A stretch of DNA of 64,000 bases, taken from Eledone cirrhosa. Lineage: Eukaryota. Where the stretch lies: assembly GCA_964016885.1 (NCBI GenBank), contig OZ024762.1, positions 2,542,001 to 2,606,000 of the forward strand. Reading direction: 5' to 3'. Within the stretch, counting starts at the first letter, position 1. Every line of letters begins with the position of its first letter. The translations under genes were made by a program, and so were the position numbers. Under the pieces are notes generated by a model. The model saw only the letters and a program-made list of their open reading frames with translations. It had not been told where the DNA came from and ran no database searches. Of this stretch, positions 1 to 49,030 are shown piece by piece.

Positions 1-712
1 AATATGTATGCAGTAGATGTACAGGGAAATTAGACAGTAGAAGTCGCACTGATAGACACATTTTTCAAATGCGAGAGGGCGCTATAGAAGTGGTGGATAG
101 CTTCCGGTACCTAGGAGATCAGATTAGCATGGGAGGAGGGTGTTCCGAGGCCATAGTATCTAGAATAAGGACGGGTTGGAAGAAGTTTAGGGAGCTGCTT
201 CCTCTGTTGACGAAGAAGGGTTTCTCCCTGCGTACGAAAGGCCGGTTGTATGATGCCTGTGTGAGGAGCGCGATGCTGCATGGTAGTGAGACATGGGCAG
301 CTACCGCAGAAGATATGCGACGGCTGGAGAGAAATGAGGCAAGCATGCTCCGTTGGATGTGCAGTGTAAATGTGCGTGAACGACCCAGCATAAATGTGTT
401 GAGAGAGAAACTGTGTCTGAGAGGGATAGAATGTAGTGTACGGGAGAGGAGACTGAGGTGGTATGGACATGTGATGCGCATGGAGGATGACCGATGGGTG
501 AAGAAGTGCCAGGAAATGCCAGTTGAAGGAAGACGTAGTAGAGGTAGACCATGAAAAACATGGGCGGAGGTGGTGAGAACAGACCTCAGATCATTGAAGC
601 TCACGGTGGAGATGACGAGGGACCGTGACGAGTGGAGAGATGCTGTGCTGAATAAGACCCGTCCCACCCTTGCAAGCAGGGAAAAGCGGACGTAAAATGA
701 TGATGATGATGA
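1..712 (+). mobile_element. RTE-clade LINE 3' fragment
   Basis: VDSFRYLG...YDACVRSAMLHGSETW...RLRWYGHVMRM...GRRSRGRP*KTW, then an (ATG)n tail. Confidence 0.9.
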
Positions 713-718
713 TATATA

Positions 719-764
<46 letters not shown>

Positions 765-860
765 TATATATATATATATATACTGTATATATATATATAT
801 ATATACAGTCTATATATATATATATACAGATATATATATAGTATATATATATATATAGAG

Positions 861-1148
861 AGAGATTACAGTAATCAAAGTTCAGTTTAAGTCATTTATT
901 TGCTTACAATTGTTTCCTCCAAACCGAGGTTTGGATTCTTCGGAGCAGTTATTTATAACATACTTGACCTCCTTTTCAACCCAAGAGACACATAAAACAT
1001 ATGCGCATATGTTTTATGTGTCTCTTGGGTTGAAAAGGAGGTCAAGTATGTTATAAATAACTGCTCCGAAGAATCCAAACCTCGGTTTGGAGGAAACAAT
1101 TGTAAGCAAATAAATGACTTAAACTGAACTTTGATTACTGTAATCTCT
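861..1148. repeat. 288-bp perfect spacerless palindrome
   Basis: 144-bp arms centred on atatgc|gcatat (1004/1005). Confidence 0.95.
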
Positions 1149-1677
1149 ATATAACTGCTCTGTATAACAACTGATGTTATTACATTGAGCTATTTAACTT
1201 ACTGGTAATAGGATAGTAATTAAAGACTATCTCTCACTATTTAGGGTTTGTGTATATATAATATATTACCATCAAAGGTTTTATTGCATACATAACCATA
1301 AATAGTACCCTTAATACTATATATATATATATATATCACCACCCCCACCCCATCCACACCACCCCGTCCTATGTAAAGTTATGTTGGTGCCGCGCCATCC
1401 GGGCCGAAACAAATGAGATCGTGTAGGTGTCACGACAAAAAAACACACAGTCCACGCTGTAATGTGGCCGTGTAGGCAACACGGTAAAAACCTCCCAGAC
1501 CCACACTGTAAATGTGGTTGGTGTTAGGAAGGGCATCCAACTGTAGAAAACCTGCCAGACAGTCCTATGCGAGCAAGACAATCACTCTTGCCTCAAGTGG
1601 GACTACCCCCGTCCAAACCCATGCAAGCGTGGAACACGGACGTTAAACGTTGATGATGATGATGATGATGATGATGT

Positions 1678-2000
1678 ATTGGCTTAGTGGTTAGAACATT
1701 GGCCTTGCAATCGAAAGGTTGTAAGTTCATTTCTCAGACCGGGTGATGTGATGTTTCCTTGAGCAAGACACTTTATTTCTCATAGCTCCAGTTTTCTCAG
1801 CTGTAGAAATGAGATGATACGACTGGGGTCCCTATCATTCCACTGCAAAGTGGTCGTGGAGGTGCCACGGCATAAAAGCACCCAGCACTCACTGTAAATA
1901 AGGTTAGTGTTAGGAAGGGCATCCAGCCAGAATCAGTTCCCGTCCCACCCCTGCAAGCAGGGAAAAGTGGACGTAAAATGAAATGATGAAATGATGATGT
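1678..2000 (+). mobile_element. tRNA-derived SINE family A (CORE-like ccttgagcaagacacttta; RTE-like tail)
   Basis: A-box tggcttagtgg and B-box-like agttc; copies on - at about 8080-8330, 9425-9745 and 17045-17392; 3' end identical to the RTE tail. Confidence 0.75.
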
Positions 2001-2048
2001 ATATGTGTCTTGCTAGCGTGGAAAAGTGGACATTAAACGGTGAAGATG

Positions 2049-2080
<32 letters not shown>

Positions 2081-4462
2081 ATGTATATATATATATGTGT
2101 GTGTGTATGTATATATATATGTGTGTGTGTGTGTGTATGTATATATATATGTGTGTGTGTATGTATATATATATATGTGTGTGTGTGTATGTATATATAT
2201 ATATATGTGTGTGTGTATGTATATATATATATGTGTGTGTGTGTATGTATATATATATATATGTGTGTGTGTGTATGTATATATATATATATATATATAT
2301 TTATATGGTGTCAATATCATTGACTAAATCTGTTCAAGGTGGTGCTCCAGCATGGCCACAGTCTAAACCAGTAAATGTTTAGAGAGGTAAAGCCTGAATG
2401 TTAAATAAAGGACATTACAACAACAACAACACTTCCACCACCAACAACAACACCACCACTACCACCATAACCACATCCTCTACCACCACCACCACAAACA
2501 CCACCACCGGTTGTGGTAGTAGTTGTGGTGGTAGTTGTAGTAGTCGTGGTGGTAGTAGTGGTAGTAGTTATGGTGGTAGTAGTAGTAGTGGTAGTAGTAG
2601 TTGTTACATAACAAACTACTACTCCTACTTATATATTTATGACTTCTTAATACTTATTCAGGTCTTGGCTTTCTTTCCTATTCTATAATCAAATAATTCT
2701 CAAACACTTAAAATATTTCTCTATATGAATATGTATACATACATATATACACATATATACATGCATATATGGTGGCTGCCAACTCGTTTTCGAGTACGGC
2801 CACTACTTTATATCCATGTAGGAGAACCCCTACCGATGCGCTGAACGAGTGTGACTTTTTAGTCCAGCCAGCGACTTGAAAACTCAGGTACAAACACTAC
2901 ACTTGTGACAATTATTGACACATAGTGCTGGGCCCATGGTACCATGTGACGACAAGTGCAGAGAGATCTCCAGATATAAAGCAATGCCTGCGCCGTGAAG
3001 CTTTTATAGTGAGCAAAGGCACTGCACAAAGCCAGTCCCACTCTCTTAACCAAGATGACATTTACCTAAAAGAAGAACAAGTCAACATCATTGGATACCA
3101 TCAGGGTTGCAGGTGTTATATCAGAGTTTTCCTTCTCCTAGAATTCTGCCTTGACAAAGGCTAAGGGGTCATCTCTCCTGGTGATTTTGGATGGCCATTG
3201 ACTCTTAAGAGCTCCTTTGCTCTTTGACAGGTTTTGTTTTTAGTCCTGCAGGATGTCCAAAGTCACCCTCCTCAACAAGAAACCTTGGTGGGGTTGCCAG
3301 TTTAGTCGCCAATGACCCGACCATGAGACAGGTTGTACTGGGATACATGTTACCAGTAGCACCAACTGACATGACATGCATATATACATACATATATACA
3401 TATACATACATATATACATATATGTAGAAGTTATATTTAATTTGTTGGGATACAACAAGCAAATATTTTTATAACTGATATAAAGCACTCAACAAATTTT
3501 TGGAGTAAAAATATATATATATATACTATCCGGGAGCTTCCAACAGACATGGTCACATTCTTTTAAGGGTATGTCAATATTTGTTTATAAAACTGATCTA
3601 TATTATATTTTATCTGATGTAAGCGCACCATAATTTGCTTTGGCGTCCTTGAAATAAATATGGTTTTATAAATATAGTTTCCATTTATTAATATATTGTA
3701 TATACATATATATATTATATATTCATATACACATATATATATATATTATATATTCATATACACATATATATATTATATATTCATATACACATATATATAT
3801 ATATATATATATATTCATATACTCATATATATATATATATATTCATATACACATATATATATATATAATATATATATATTCATATACACATATATATATA
3901 TATAATATATATATATTCATATACACATATATATATATATAATATATATATATTCATATACACATATATATATATATAATATATATATATTCATATACAC
4001 ATATATATATATATAATATATATATATTCATATACACATATATATATATATATATATTCATATACACATATATATATATATATATATATATTCATATACA
4101 CATATATATATATATATATATTCATATACACATATATATATATATATATTCATATACACATATATATATATATATATGGACCACACTGTAAAGTGGTTGT
4201 GGAGGTACCACGGAAAAAAGCACCCTGCACTCACTGTAAATGAGGTTGGTGTTAGGAAGGGCATCCAGCTGTAGAAATCAAGCCAGAATCAGTTCCCGTA
4301 TGAACAAGACATGGTCAGCCCACCGGACACTGCCCACAACAAGACAACCCGTCTAACCCATGTTAGCGTGGAAGAACGGACGTAAAACGGTGATGATGAT
4401 GATGATTATATATTTACATACATATATATACACATATGTACGTGTGTGTGTGTGTGTGTATA

Positions 4463-4494
<32 letters not shown>

Positions 4495-4509
4495 GTTTTA
4501 ATATAGATG

Positions 4510-4560
4510 AGATTCTACAGGACTAGAACTGTTTCATTCTTTAGAAATCATCAGGAATCT
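4510..4560 (-). ncRNA. Type I hammerhead ribozyme motif
   Basis: agattc-CTGATGA-tttctaaagaat-GAAA-cag(ttctagtc)ctg-TA-gaatct. Confidence 0.65.
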
Positions 4561-4684
4561 GGCTGTCAAAAATAAATGTTGTGGTATTTATATCTTTTCA
4601 GGTGGTAGGAGAGGGTGGGGAGTGGGATGGGTGGAGGTCATTGGTTGAAAGAAAAGGGAATTCATTATATATATATACACAGTG

Positions 4685-4875
4685 GAGGGCAGTGGATTGG
4701 CAGTATCAGTAGAGGGTCGGACGCCATGCTTTCTAGCATAGAGTTACGTCCCTTTACGGACTGATTTCAAATCCCTCCAAGGTTAACTTTGCCTTTCATC
4801 CTTACAGGGTCGATAAAATAAAGTACCAGTAATGTACTGGGTATTTGCTGGCCTTGTGCCTAAAGTAGAAACAAT
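4685..4875 (+). mobile_element. tRNA-derived SINE family B (gcctttcatccttacggggtcgataaaataaagtaccagt core)
   Basis: Copies at about 7450-7790, 17660-17800, 28880-29000, 31200-31670, 41400-41570, 44715-44870, 49880-50150, 51890-52070 and 54155-54325. Confidence 0.75.
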
Positions 4876-5203
4876 TATATATATATATATACACACATAC
4901 ATACATACACACACCTATACACATATACACATATATATATTCTTCAGTTTTCTATACTTCACACCTAATATTTGTTATATATATATATACAGTCCTATAC
5001 GAGCGAGGCACGGTCACCTGACCAATCTTGCCTCAAGTGGGACAATTCCTGTCTAACCCATGCTAGTGTGGGAGATAGACGTTAAATGATGATGATGATA
5101 TAATCGGGGTGTTATTCTTGTTTGAATCATTGTGTCAGGGTATAAAGCAGTATGTTATTTAAAGACTGACAATGTGACATTTTATATATATATAAAGACT
5201 ATG

Positions 5204-5238
<35 letters not shown>

Positions 5239-5427
5239 TATGACAATATATATATAAAGACTATGACAATGAATATAAAAGATGACACATCAACATCTTT
5301 GATGTCTTGTTTAATTTATTCCAAAATATATAAAACATTTTGCATCATCGTGACGTTCATGAAACATATTGCTTTGTACACTAACACAATGATACAATGA
5401 TTCAAACTACAACATACTCCCTCCATA

Positions 5428-6200
5428 TAATAATAATAATAATGAAATTATTGTGTACAGGACTCAGGTGCACTACAACTCATCAAAGGTACATGTATAG
5501 TATATAGAATAATGTACAAATGTCAGGAAAATGAACAGTGTATTATACATGTGTGCGTGTGTATGGAGGGGGAATATCAGGTGTAGTGTTGGTGAATCTC
5601 AGGAATGATGGAGGTTTTAAAGGATGCAGTGTCTCGACAGCTAACAACTGATGCAGGTAGTTTGTTCCATGGAGGTTTTAAAGGATGCAGTGTCTCGACA
5701 GCTAACAACTGATGTAGGTAGTTTGTTCCATGGAGGTTTTAAAGGATGCAGTGTCTCGACAGCTAACAACTGATGTAGGTAGTTTGTTCCATGGAGGTTT
5801 TAAAGGATGCAGTGTCTCGACAGCTAACAACTGATGCAGGTAGTTTGTTCCATGGAGGTTTTAAAGGATGCAGTGTCTCGACAGCTAACAACTGATGTAG
5901 GTAGTTTGTTCCATGGAGGTTTTAAAGGATGCAGTGTCTCGACAGCTAACAACTGATGTAGGTAGTTTGTTCCATGGAGGTTTTAAAGGATGCAGTGTCT
6001 CGATAGCTAACAACTGATGCAGGTTGTTTGTTCCATGCTTCAGCAACTCTGAGCATGAAAAAATGTTTCCGAAAGTCATGGGAACTGTACTGTTTTCTGA
6101 CTTTGTAGGCATGCCCACGTGTGTTAGACACATGGAAATCAAAAAGGTACTCAGGGTTGTTGTTGGCAAGATGGTTAATAATTTTGTGGGTGTCTACGAA
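5428..6200 (-). mobile_element. CR1/L2-type LINE 3' end with internal 61-bp tandem expansion
   Basis: TRGHAYKV...RKHFFMLRVAEAWNKLPASVVSC..FK C-terminal motif; (ATT)n tail. Confidence 0.8.
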
Positions 6201-6259
6201 GTCAGTTGCCAGACGTTGATATCATCATCATCATTATTTAACGACCATCTTCCATGCTA

Positions 6260-6299
<40 letters not shown>

Positions 6300-6320
6300 A
6301 ATAAACGACACAATATAATT

Positions 6321-6391
6321 ATTCCATTACCCAAGGTTTCACGAAGTTAGACGACTAACAGAAATGTCTGATATCACTCATCAGAAGGAAT
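6321..6391 (-). ncRNA. Type I hammerhead ribozyme motif
   Basis: attcctt-CTGATGA-(long stem II)-GAAA-cc(ttg)gg-TA-atggaat. Confidence 0.55.
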
Positions 6392-8331
6392 CTTTATTTG
6401 GATATCTATCTATATATATATATATATATATATACTTTTTCTCAACCTGATTAGTTCTATGGTTGCTCTGGTATACATTGTGTGTTAGTTTAGCCTACCA
6501 CAATGTTCGATTTGTCAAGCTATTTAAACGTATGTTATTACTCTGAGGTCCTATCTTATCGAGTGCTTTGCTAACTCATCATTTCATATAAGTAGGCCGA
6601 ATTCACTTGCAAACCGCCAGAGATTCGATTTTACTGATTTCCAATTATATATATATATATATATATATGTTATTCCGGGTTCAATGTGTGTATATATATA
6701 TATATATAAAGTTATTCCGGGTTCAATATATATATATAGATATATTTCTATATCAACTACTTCTAAGGGTCCTTCCTGTAAACTGGGCATTGGCCATATA
6801 CAAAGGACTTTTCCCCCACCTATGACCCTCGCAGGAATAAGTGAGCAGAGATAAAGAAGGAGAACTGTAATGTCTGCTTTCCAAGTTGGCATGGGTTGGA
6901 CAGGTTCTGAGAGGGATCAGAAGAATCTCATAAAAAACAAAATATTTAATCTTCAGTTGTTAGTAAAAGTAATTAATTATATATTAAATGATAGGATTAA
7001 TTAATATTGTAGGGAGGTAAATTAGGAGATTTAATCAGATTCACCACCATCAACACCACCACCATCAACATCACCAATAACATCACCACCATCAACATTA
7101 CCACCACTAACACCACCACCACTAACATCACCAACAACATCACCACCACCATCAACACCACCATCAACATCACCATCAACACCACCACCACCACGAACAT
7201 CACCATCAACAACACCACCACCATCAACACCACCACTAACATCACCGTCAACAACACCACCACCAACATCACCATCAACAACACCACCACCATCAACACC
7301 ACCACCGCCATCACCAACACCACCACTGCCAATAACACCAAGCCACCACCACTAACATCATCAACAACACCACCGCCATCACCACCACTGCCATCAACAA
7401 CACCAAGCCACCACCACCACCACCACCACCACCACCACCATCATCATGTCGTGGAGTTATGGCCCTTTACGTTCTGAGTTCAAATCCCACTGAGGTTGGT
7501 TTTGTCTTTCATCCTTACGGGGATGAATAAAATAAATTACCAGTAATAAACTGGGGTTGATTTAATCAACTTTCCCCTCCACTAAAAACATTGCTGGCCT
7601 TGTGCCTAAATCAGAACCCATTATTATTATTATTGACAGTAATCGGTAGAGCGTCAGATGCCATGGTTTGCAACATAGAGTTATGCCCCTTTACGTTTTG
7701 AGTTCAAATCCTTACAAGGATCTATAAAATAAAGTACCAGTAATACACTGGGTAATTGCTGGCCTTGTGCCAAAAGTAGAAACAATTATTATTTTCTTGT
7801 TTTTTTTTGTTCATTTGTTTTAATTAAATCTCTCCTGTTCCCCTTAATTGTGTTATCAATTTTTTTGGCTAATTAATAAATAATAAAAATAATTAATTAA
7901 TTATTATTATTATTATTTAGAGACTAACAATGGGGACGACAAACGATGTAGATTAAAAAATAATTATTCCAGTAAACAATCCCCACCACACCTCCCCCTC
8001 ACCACCACACATCCCTGCCAACCATTACCACCCACCACAACCCCCACCAATATATATCATCATAACCATCACCATATCATCATCATCATCATTTCACGTC
8101 CGCTTTTCCCTGCTTGCAAGGGTGGGACGGGAACTGATTCTGGCTTGATTTCTACAGCTGGATGCCCTTCCTAACACCAACCTTATTTACAGTGAGTGCT
8201 GGGTGCTTTTTTGCCGTGGCACCTCCACGACCACTTTGCAGTGGAATGATAGGGACCCGAGTACCTATCATCTCATTTCTACAGCTGAGTAAACTGGAGC
8301 AAAGTGAAATAAAGTGTCTTGCTCAAGGAAA

Positions 8332-8381
<50 letters not shown>

Positions 8382-8385
<4 letters not shown>

Positions 8386-8462
8386 GAATGTCCCCCAAAA
8401 ATGTATACACACTTCAATGAGAATGCTGTTGAAGTGTGTATACATTTTTTAGGACACCCTAT
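8382..8462. mobile_element. Short Tc1/mariner-like MITE (hairpin)
   Basis: Inverted arms aaaaatgtatacacacttcaa / ttgaagtgtgtatacattttt; GGGTGTCC-type terminus; TA flanks. Confidence 0.55.
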
Positions 8463-8509
8463 ATGTATATGTATATATATATATATTTACATATATATAT
8501 ATATATATC

Positions 8510-8980
8510 AGCATCATCATCATCGTTTTTATGTCCATTTTTTTTTCCCACACTAGAATGGGTTGGACAGCTCCTTCTCACTACAGCATCTCTCCACTCG
8601 TCACATTCCTTCATCATCTCTGCGAGACTCAGTGATTTCAGATCAGTTCTCGCCACCTCTGCCCAGGTCTTCCTCTACTGCGGCTTCCTTCCACTTCTTC
8701 ACCCAGAGATCATCATCCATGCATATCACATGTCCATACCAACACAGTCTCTTTTCTCCTGCACACCACCTCAGATTCCCATTAAGCCCAGCTTCTCCCT
8801 CAGCTCATCCAAGCTCTGCCTTTCCATCACATTTACGTTGCACATCAATCGAAGCATACTTGCTTCATTTCTCTCCAGTCTCCACATGTCCTCTCCACAT
8901 GTTTCACTACCATGTAGCATTGCACTTCACGCACAGACATGATACAGTCACCCTTTTGTCAACAGTGGGAGTAGCGATCT
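8510..8980 (-). mobile_element. RTE LINE 3' fragment (degenerate)
   Basis: Reverse-complement similarity to 1-712, including the (CAT)n tail. Confidence 0.8.
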
Positions 8981-8984
8981 AAAC

Positions 8985-9025
<41 letters not shown>

Positions 9026-10235
9026 AATATATATCCATATACGTACACATATATATATATATATATACAGGGCGGTGATGGTAGTGGTGGTAGTAGTAGT
9101 AGTGGTGGTAGTAGTAGTGGTCACGATAATGCAAAATGTTTTATATATTTTGGAATAAATTAAAGAAGACATCAAAGATGATGTGTCATCTTTTATATAC
9201 ATTGTCATAGTCTTTATATATATATATACATTGTCACAGTCTTTATATATATATATACATTGTCACAGTCTTTATATATATACATTGTCACAGTCTTTAT
9301 ATATATATCATCATCATTCATCATTTCATTTTACGTCCGCTTTTCCCTGCTTGCTGTCACAATCTTTATATATATATATATGTATATATATATACATTGT
9401 CACAGTCTTTATATATATATCACCATTTTACGTCTGCTTTTCCCCGCTTGCAAGGGTGGGATGGGAACTGATTCTGGCTTGATTTCTACAGCTGGATGCC
9501 CTTCCTAACACCAACCTCATTTACAGTGAGTGCTGGGTCCTTTTTTTCCGTGACCCCTACACGACCACTTTGCAGTGGAATGATATGGACCCCAGTCCTA
9601 TCATCTCATTTCTACAGCTGAGTAAACTGGAGCAATGTGAAGTATAGTGTCTTGCTCAAGGAGACAACACATCACCCGGTCTGAGAATTGAACTCACAAC
9701 CTTTCGATTGCAAGGCCAATGCTCTAACCACTAAGCCATGTGCCTCCTATACATACATAAATATATATACATACATATATATATATACATACATAAATAT
9801 ATATACATATATATACATACATACATAAATATATATACATATATATACATACATACACATATATATTTACACACACACACACATGAACACACGGACACTT
9901 AAGGCCAGAGGTTTACATACATGGTCTGGCAGTGTGACACTGTGACAGTGTCACACCATGGCACAGTGTCACACCATGGCACAGTGTCACACCATGGCAC
10001 TGTGCCACTACAAATCCTGACAATTCCTCTGGACATATGAAGACATAAAATAAAAATAACTGCAAAGAAATAAAACAACAAAATCCACTTTGTTTCTTCT
10101 TTTTTTTAATATAATTTGTACACATTGCACTGTAATTAGTTAATGATTAAATTTAATTAATTGCAAATTGTATTTCTCTCTCCTCTCTCTCTTATTTTAG
10201 GAAAAAAGTTGCGTCTTCATCGCTGAGAAATACGG

Positions 10236-10270
<35 letters not shown>

Positions 10271-10374
10271 ATATATTTATATATATTATCTTATTTATAT
10301 ATATGTATCTTTATATATATAAGGATATATATATATAAAGATATATATATAAAGATATATATATATATATAAAG

Positions 10375-10407
<33 letters not shown>

Positions 10408-10615
10408 AATATATAAGATATAAAGATACATATAAAGATATATATATATAAATATATAAGATATAAAGATATATATAAAGATATATATATATAAATATAT
10501 AAGATATAAAGATATATATAAACATTAAATCGCTGCTTTCACCCTTAACGGGTGAAAGCAGCGATTCTTTGCTTAAACTTTAATCTGTTATTTTAATAAA
10601 GATATATATATATAA

Positions 10616-10646
<31 letters not shown>

Positions 10647-10766
10647 GTAATAAAAATTATGAAGACTAAAATCCGAAGACGGCTCGTTAAGGATTATATA
10701 TATATAAAACCCATAAAGCAAATATTTAATATTTGTACAGATCTTCAGAAGATGTACAAACAATAA

Positions 10767-10849
<83 letters not shown>

Positions 10850-10891
10850 TATATAATATATGTGTATACATATAGATAAATTGATTGAAAA

Positions 10892-10897
10892 TTTATT
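10892..10897 (-). promoter_or_regulatory. Candidate DPYD polyadenylation signal AATAAA
   Basis: First AATAAA seen about 120 nt after the stop codon; AT-rich context makes chance matches likely. Confidence 0.3.
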
Positions 10898-11012
10898 TGT
10901 AAATAATTCTAAAAATATTCTCAGGGTTGTTATCCCTGTGGGAGATGAAAGGTCATTCTCAGAGTTGTTATCCCTGTGGGAGGTGAAAGTGTTGCTCTCA
11001 AGCTGAAGGCCA

Positions 11013-46294
<35,282 letters not shown>

Positions 46295-47079
46295 GTTTTG
46301 TTTTTGTTTTCTCCGAATCCGAACAGAGAGAGAAAGTTTGAGATGTGTACAAGGTACTCCCAAGTCACACAATGAAAGTGTTTACAAATTTCAGAGATCT
46401 CTACAACTACCCCCCTTCTCCTCCCCTCATTCATACACACGCTCTCTCTCCCTCCCTCCCTCTCACTATCTCTATTTGTCTCTATCGCTATCTCACTCTC
46501 TATTTCTCTCTCTGTTCACCCCTTTTCTCTCTCTATTCGCCCCCCTCTCTCATATCTACGTTGAAATCTTCTCCACTTCCACCAAGCTTGAACCTAATTT
46601 GTAAATCCATATATATGTAATACATTAACAGAGAAAGCTTTAAGCAATGCTCAACTATTTTCCTTTTACTTTGCTCCACTTTTCAAATTAAATGACACCA
46701 CGGTTCAGTTATATTCAAATATTGTAAGCGCGTCCATTGAGAATAATGTCTTTGACAAACGGCTCAGTTGCTCGCATGTGTGCGTGCTGAATTCTGGGTC
46801 TTTCCGCTGGGAACAACCCCTTGTTCCCCGCCCCTCCCTTTTTTTGTGTACATCCATCCATTCACTCATTCATTTACTGCCATTCTACCTTCCTGTGTCT
46901 CCCCCTCCATGCAGCCCCTTTTCGCTCTCGTTTTCTGGCACCTCCATATATATAGGTGAGCTATGCTGCCCTCTTACCAGCACTTTCCCTTCCAACCACA
47001 CACACCAGCCACCCACCCCTGATGCCGCTCGGTTCCCCAGTCCCCGGCCCCACGCCCCATCCCCCACCCCTCCAAATCG

Positions 47080-49030
47080 ACACCTGCAGCACTTGCGGCA
47101 CTACTAACAAACGGAAGAGGGGCCGGAACTGTTTGGGATGCGGCTGCCTCCACCACCTCAACTCGTCGAGCTTCCAATGCCCTCGCAGCGTGGAGGTGCA
47201 GGAACTGCCTCTTCCCCACGTCTTCCCAGCCACGGCCGTCTGGCACACCACCAGATAGGACAGCGAGCTTGCCTGACGCCCGAGACTCGCTGGTCAACAT
47301 CGCTCGGCTCAGGCGGCTCCGGAAGATCCCACTCAGGATCCCGAGAGCAGCACGGGTGCCGGTGGCCGATGCCCTCGCTTCCTCGATTGAGAGCGTCATG
47401 GACTCCAATCGAGCCAGTGACTGGGAGCGGATGTTCTATTTCGCCCCATTCGCCCTCGGCCTCCCCAGCTCTGGCGCTGACCGGGGCGGCCGGTCAGCAG
47501 CAGCCTTCGTCAAGGTCAATGTCTCGTCATTTGGGCGAGCGCCCATTCCAAGCGTGCCCAGGGACGCCACACACCCCACCCTTAGGTACCCCATATCCTC
47601 CACCCCCGAGGCCAACGCCAAGCGTTTTCGTGACCAGGTAAACGCAAAGCTTATCATGGGTGATGTCTCGGCCGCAGTCAGAGTTGTTGCCTCAGAGGAC
47701 ACTGTCCTCCAACCCACCGAGGAGATCCTGGCTGCTCTGCGGCTCAAACACCCTGAGCCACCCACTGATCTCAGACGCATACCCCCACCCGACCCCACCT
47801 GCTCCTTGTGGCTACTGATGCAGATATCATGTCCGCCATCAGGTTCTTTCCAGCTAGCAGCTGCGGAGGTGTTAATGGTCTCCGCTGAGGCCGGGCGCCG
47901 CCTTCTGAGTGCAATTGTGGGGCTCACCCTTACGCCCGAGGCCTCTTTTTTTCGGTCAGCCTCACCGCTCTCAGGAAGAAAGAGGGTGGCATACGCCCCA
48001 TTGCTGTGGGCAATGTCTTCCGGAGGCTGGCTGCCAAGGTGATCTGCAAGTCCGTCACACATGAACTGGGTGAGGAGTTTAGTCCGGTGCAACTGGGTGT
48101 CGGCGTGTCCGGTGCAACTGGGTGTCGGCGTGTCCGGTGGCTGTGAGGGAGCCTCTCATACAATCAGGCAGTTCTTCAGCAGCTGCCCATCGGTACCGGC
48201 ATCCAGGGACCCCACGCACCTCATTGTCAAGCTTGACATGAGGAATCATCTGCTCGAGGCCTGCCTCAGCCGAGCCACCTCCTCTGCCTACCCGCTGGCC
48301 TACCTGTCATATGGAGCCCCGAGCATGCTCCTAGCTGCTGATACGGTCATACCCTCGGCTACTGGGACCCCTCCTGTTCGCCCTTGGTATTGACCACATC
48401 GCCCGGAGTATCACGGCCCCTCTCAACGTTTGGTATCTGGATCATGCTACGTTAGGCGGGCCCGTACGGACGGTCTGCCAAGACCTTCAATCGGTGATTC
48501 CTGCCTTGGCGGGAATCGGCCTCCATGTCAACTCGGCCAAGTCGGAGGTGGTGAACGTCAGCCTCGATGCTGTGAGCTCTGCAGCCTCCGTCTTGGACGT
48601 GCGGTCCATTCTCCGCCAGGTTCAGGTGACCCCCAAAGAGGATGTCCTCATCCTCGGGTCACCGATCCACCCGCCGGCCATCCGCTCCACCATCAGGCCC
48701 AGGCTTCAACAGCTCCAGACACTCACGAGCCGACTGGGCTTGATTGACGGCCACCCAGCTCTCTTCTGCTGAGGAACTGCTTCGCCATGCCGAAGCTCCT
48801 CTATACATTCCGCAGCGCTCCATGCTACACCCAGAAATCTCTCCTCGTTGACCTCGATACTTGTATCCGAGCAACAGTCGAGGGGATATGCAACGTCAAG
48901 TTTGACGACATAGGGTGGCAACAGGCCACTTTACCGGTCAGGTATGGCGGCCAGGGCTCAGACAGGCTCACGCGCCAGCTCGACCAGCACCGCCTTGCTT
49001 GTTTTCGTGCGGCCTCCAAACCCCACAAAA
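47080..49030 (+). mobile_element. Decayed CRE-clade (RLE-type) non-LTR retrotransposon
   Basis: Frameshifted RT motifs LTALRKKEGGIRPIAVGNVFRRLAAK, PVQLGVGVSGGCE, KLDMRN, GPLLFAL, WYLDH (for YLDD), GLHVNSAKSE and ILGSPI; upstream GDVSAAVR and LRLKHP; GC-rich. Confidence 0.8.

Noticed and set aside
1678-1745. tRNA gene
   Set aside because: The tRNA-like A/B boxes are SINE heads continuing into the repeat body; no full cloverleaf is evident.
2760-3372. Possible coding exon or RTE 5' region
   Set aside because: No recognisable protein motif or consistent splice sites; probably decayed TE but cannot be supported.
47269-48042. 257-aa ORF as a host gene
   Set aside because: Part of the frameshifted CRE-type retroelement.
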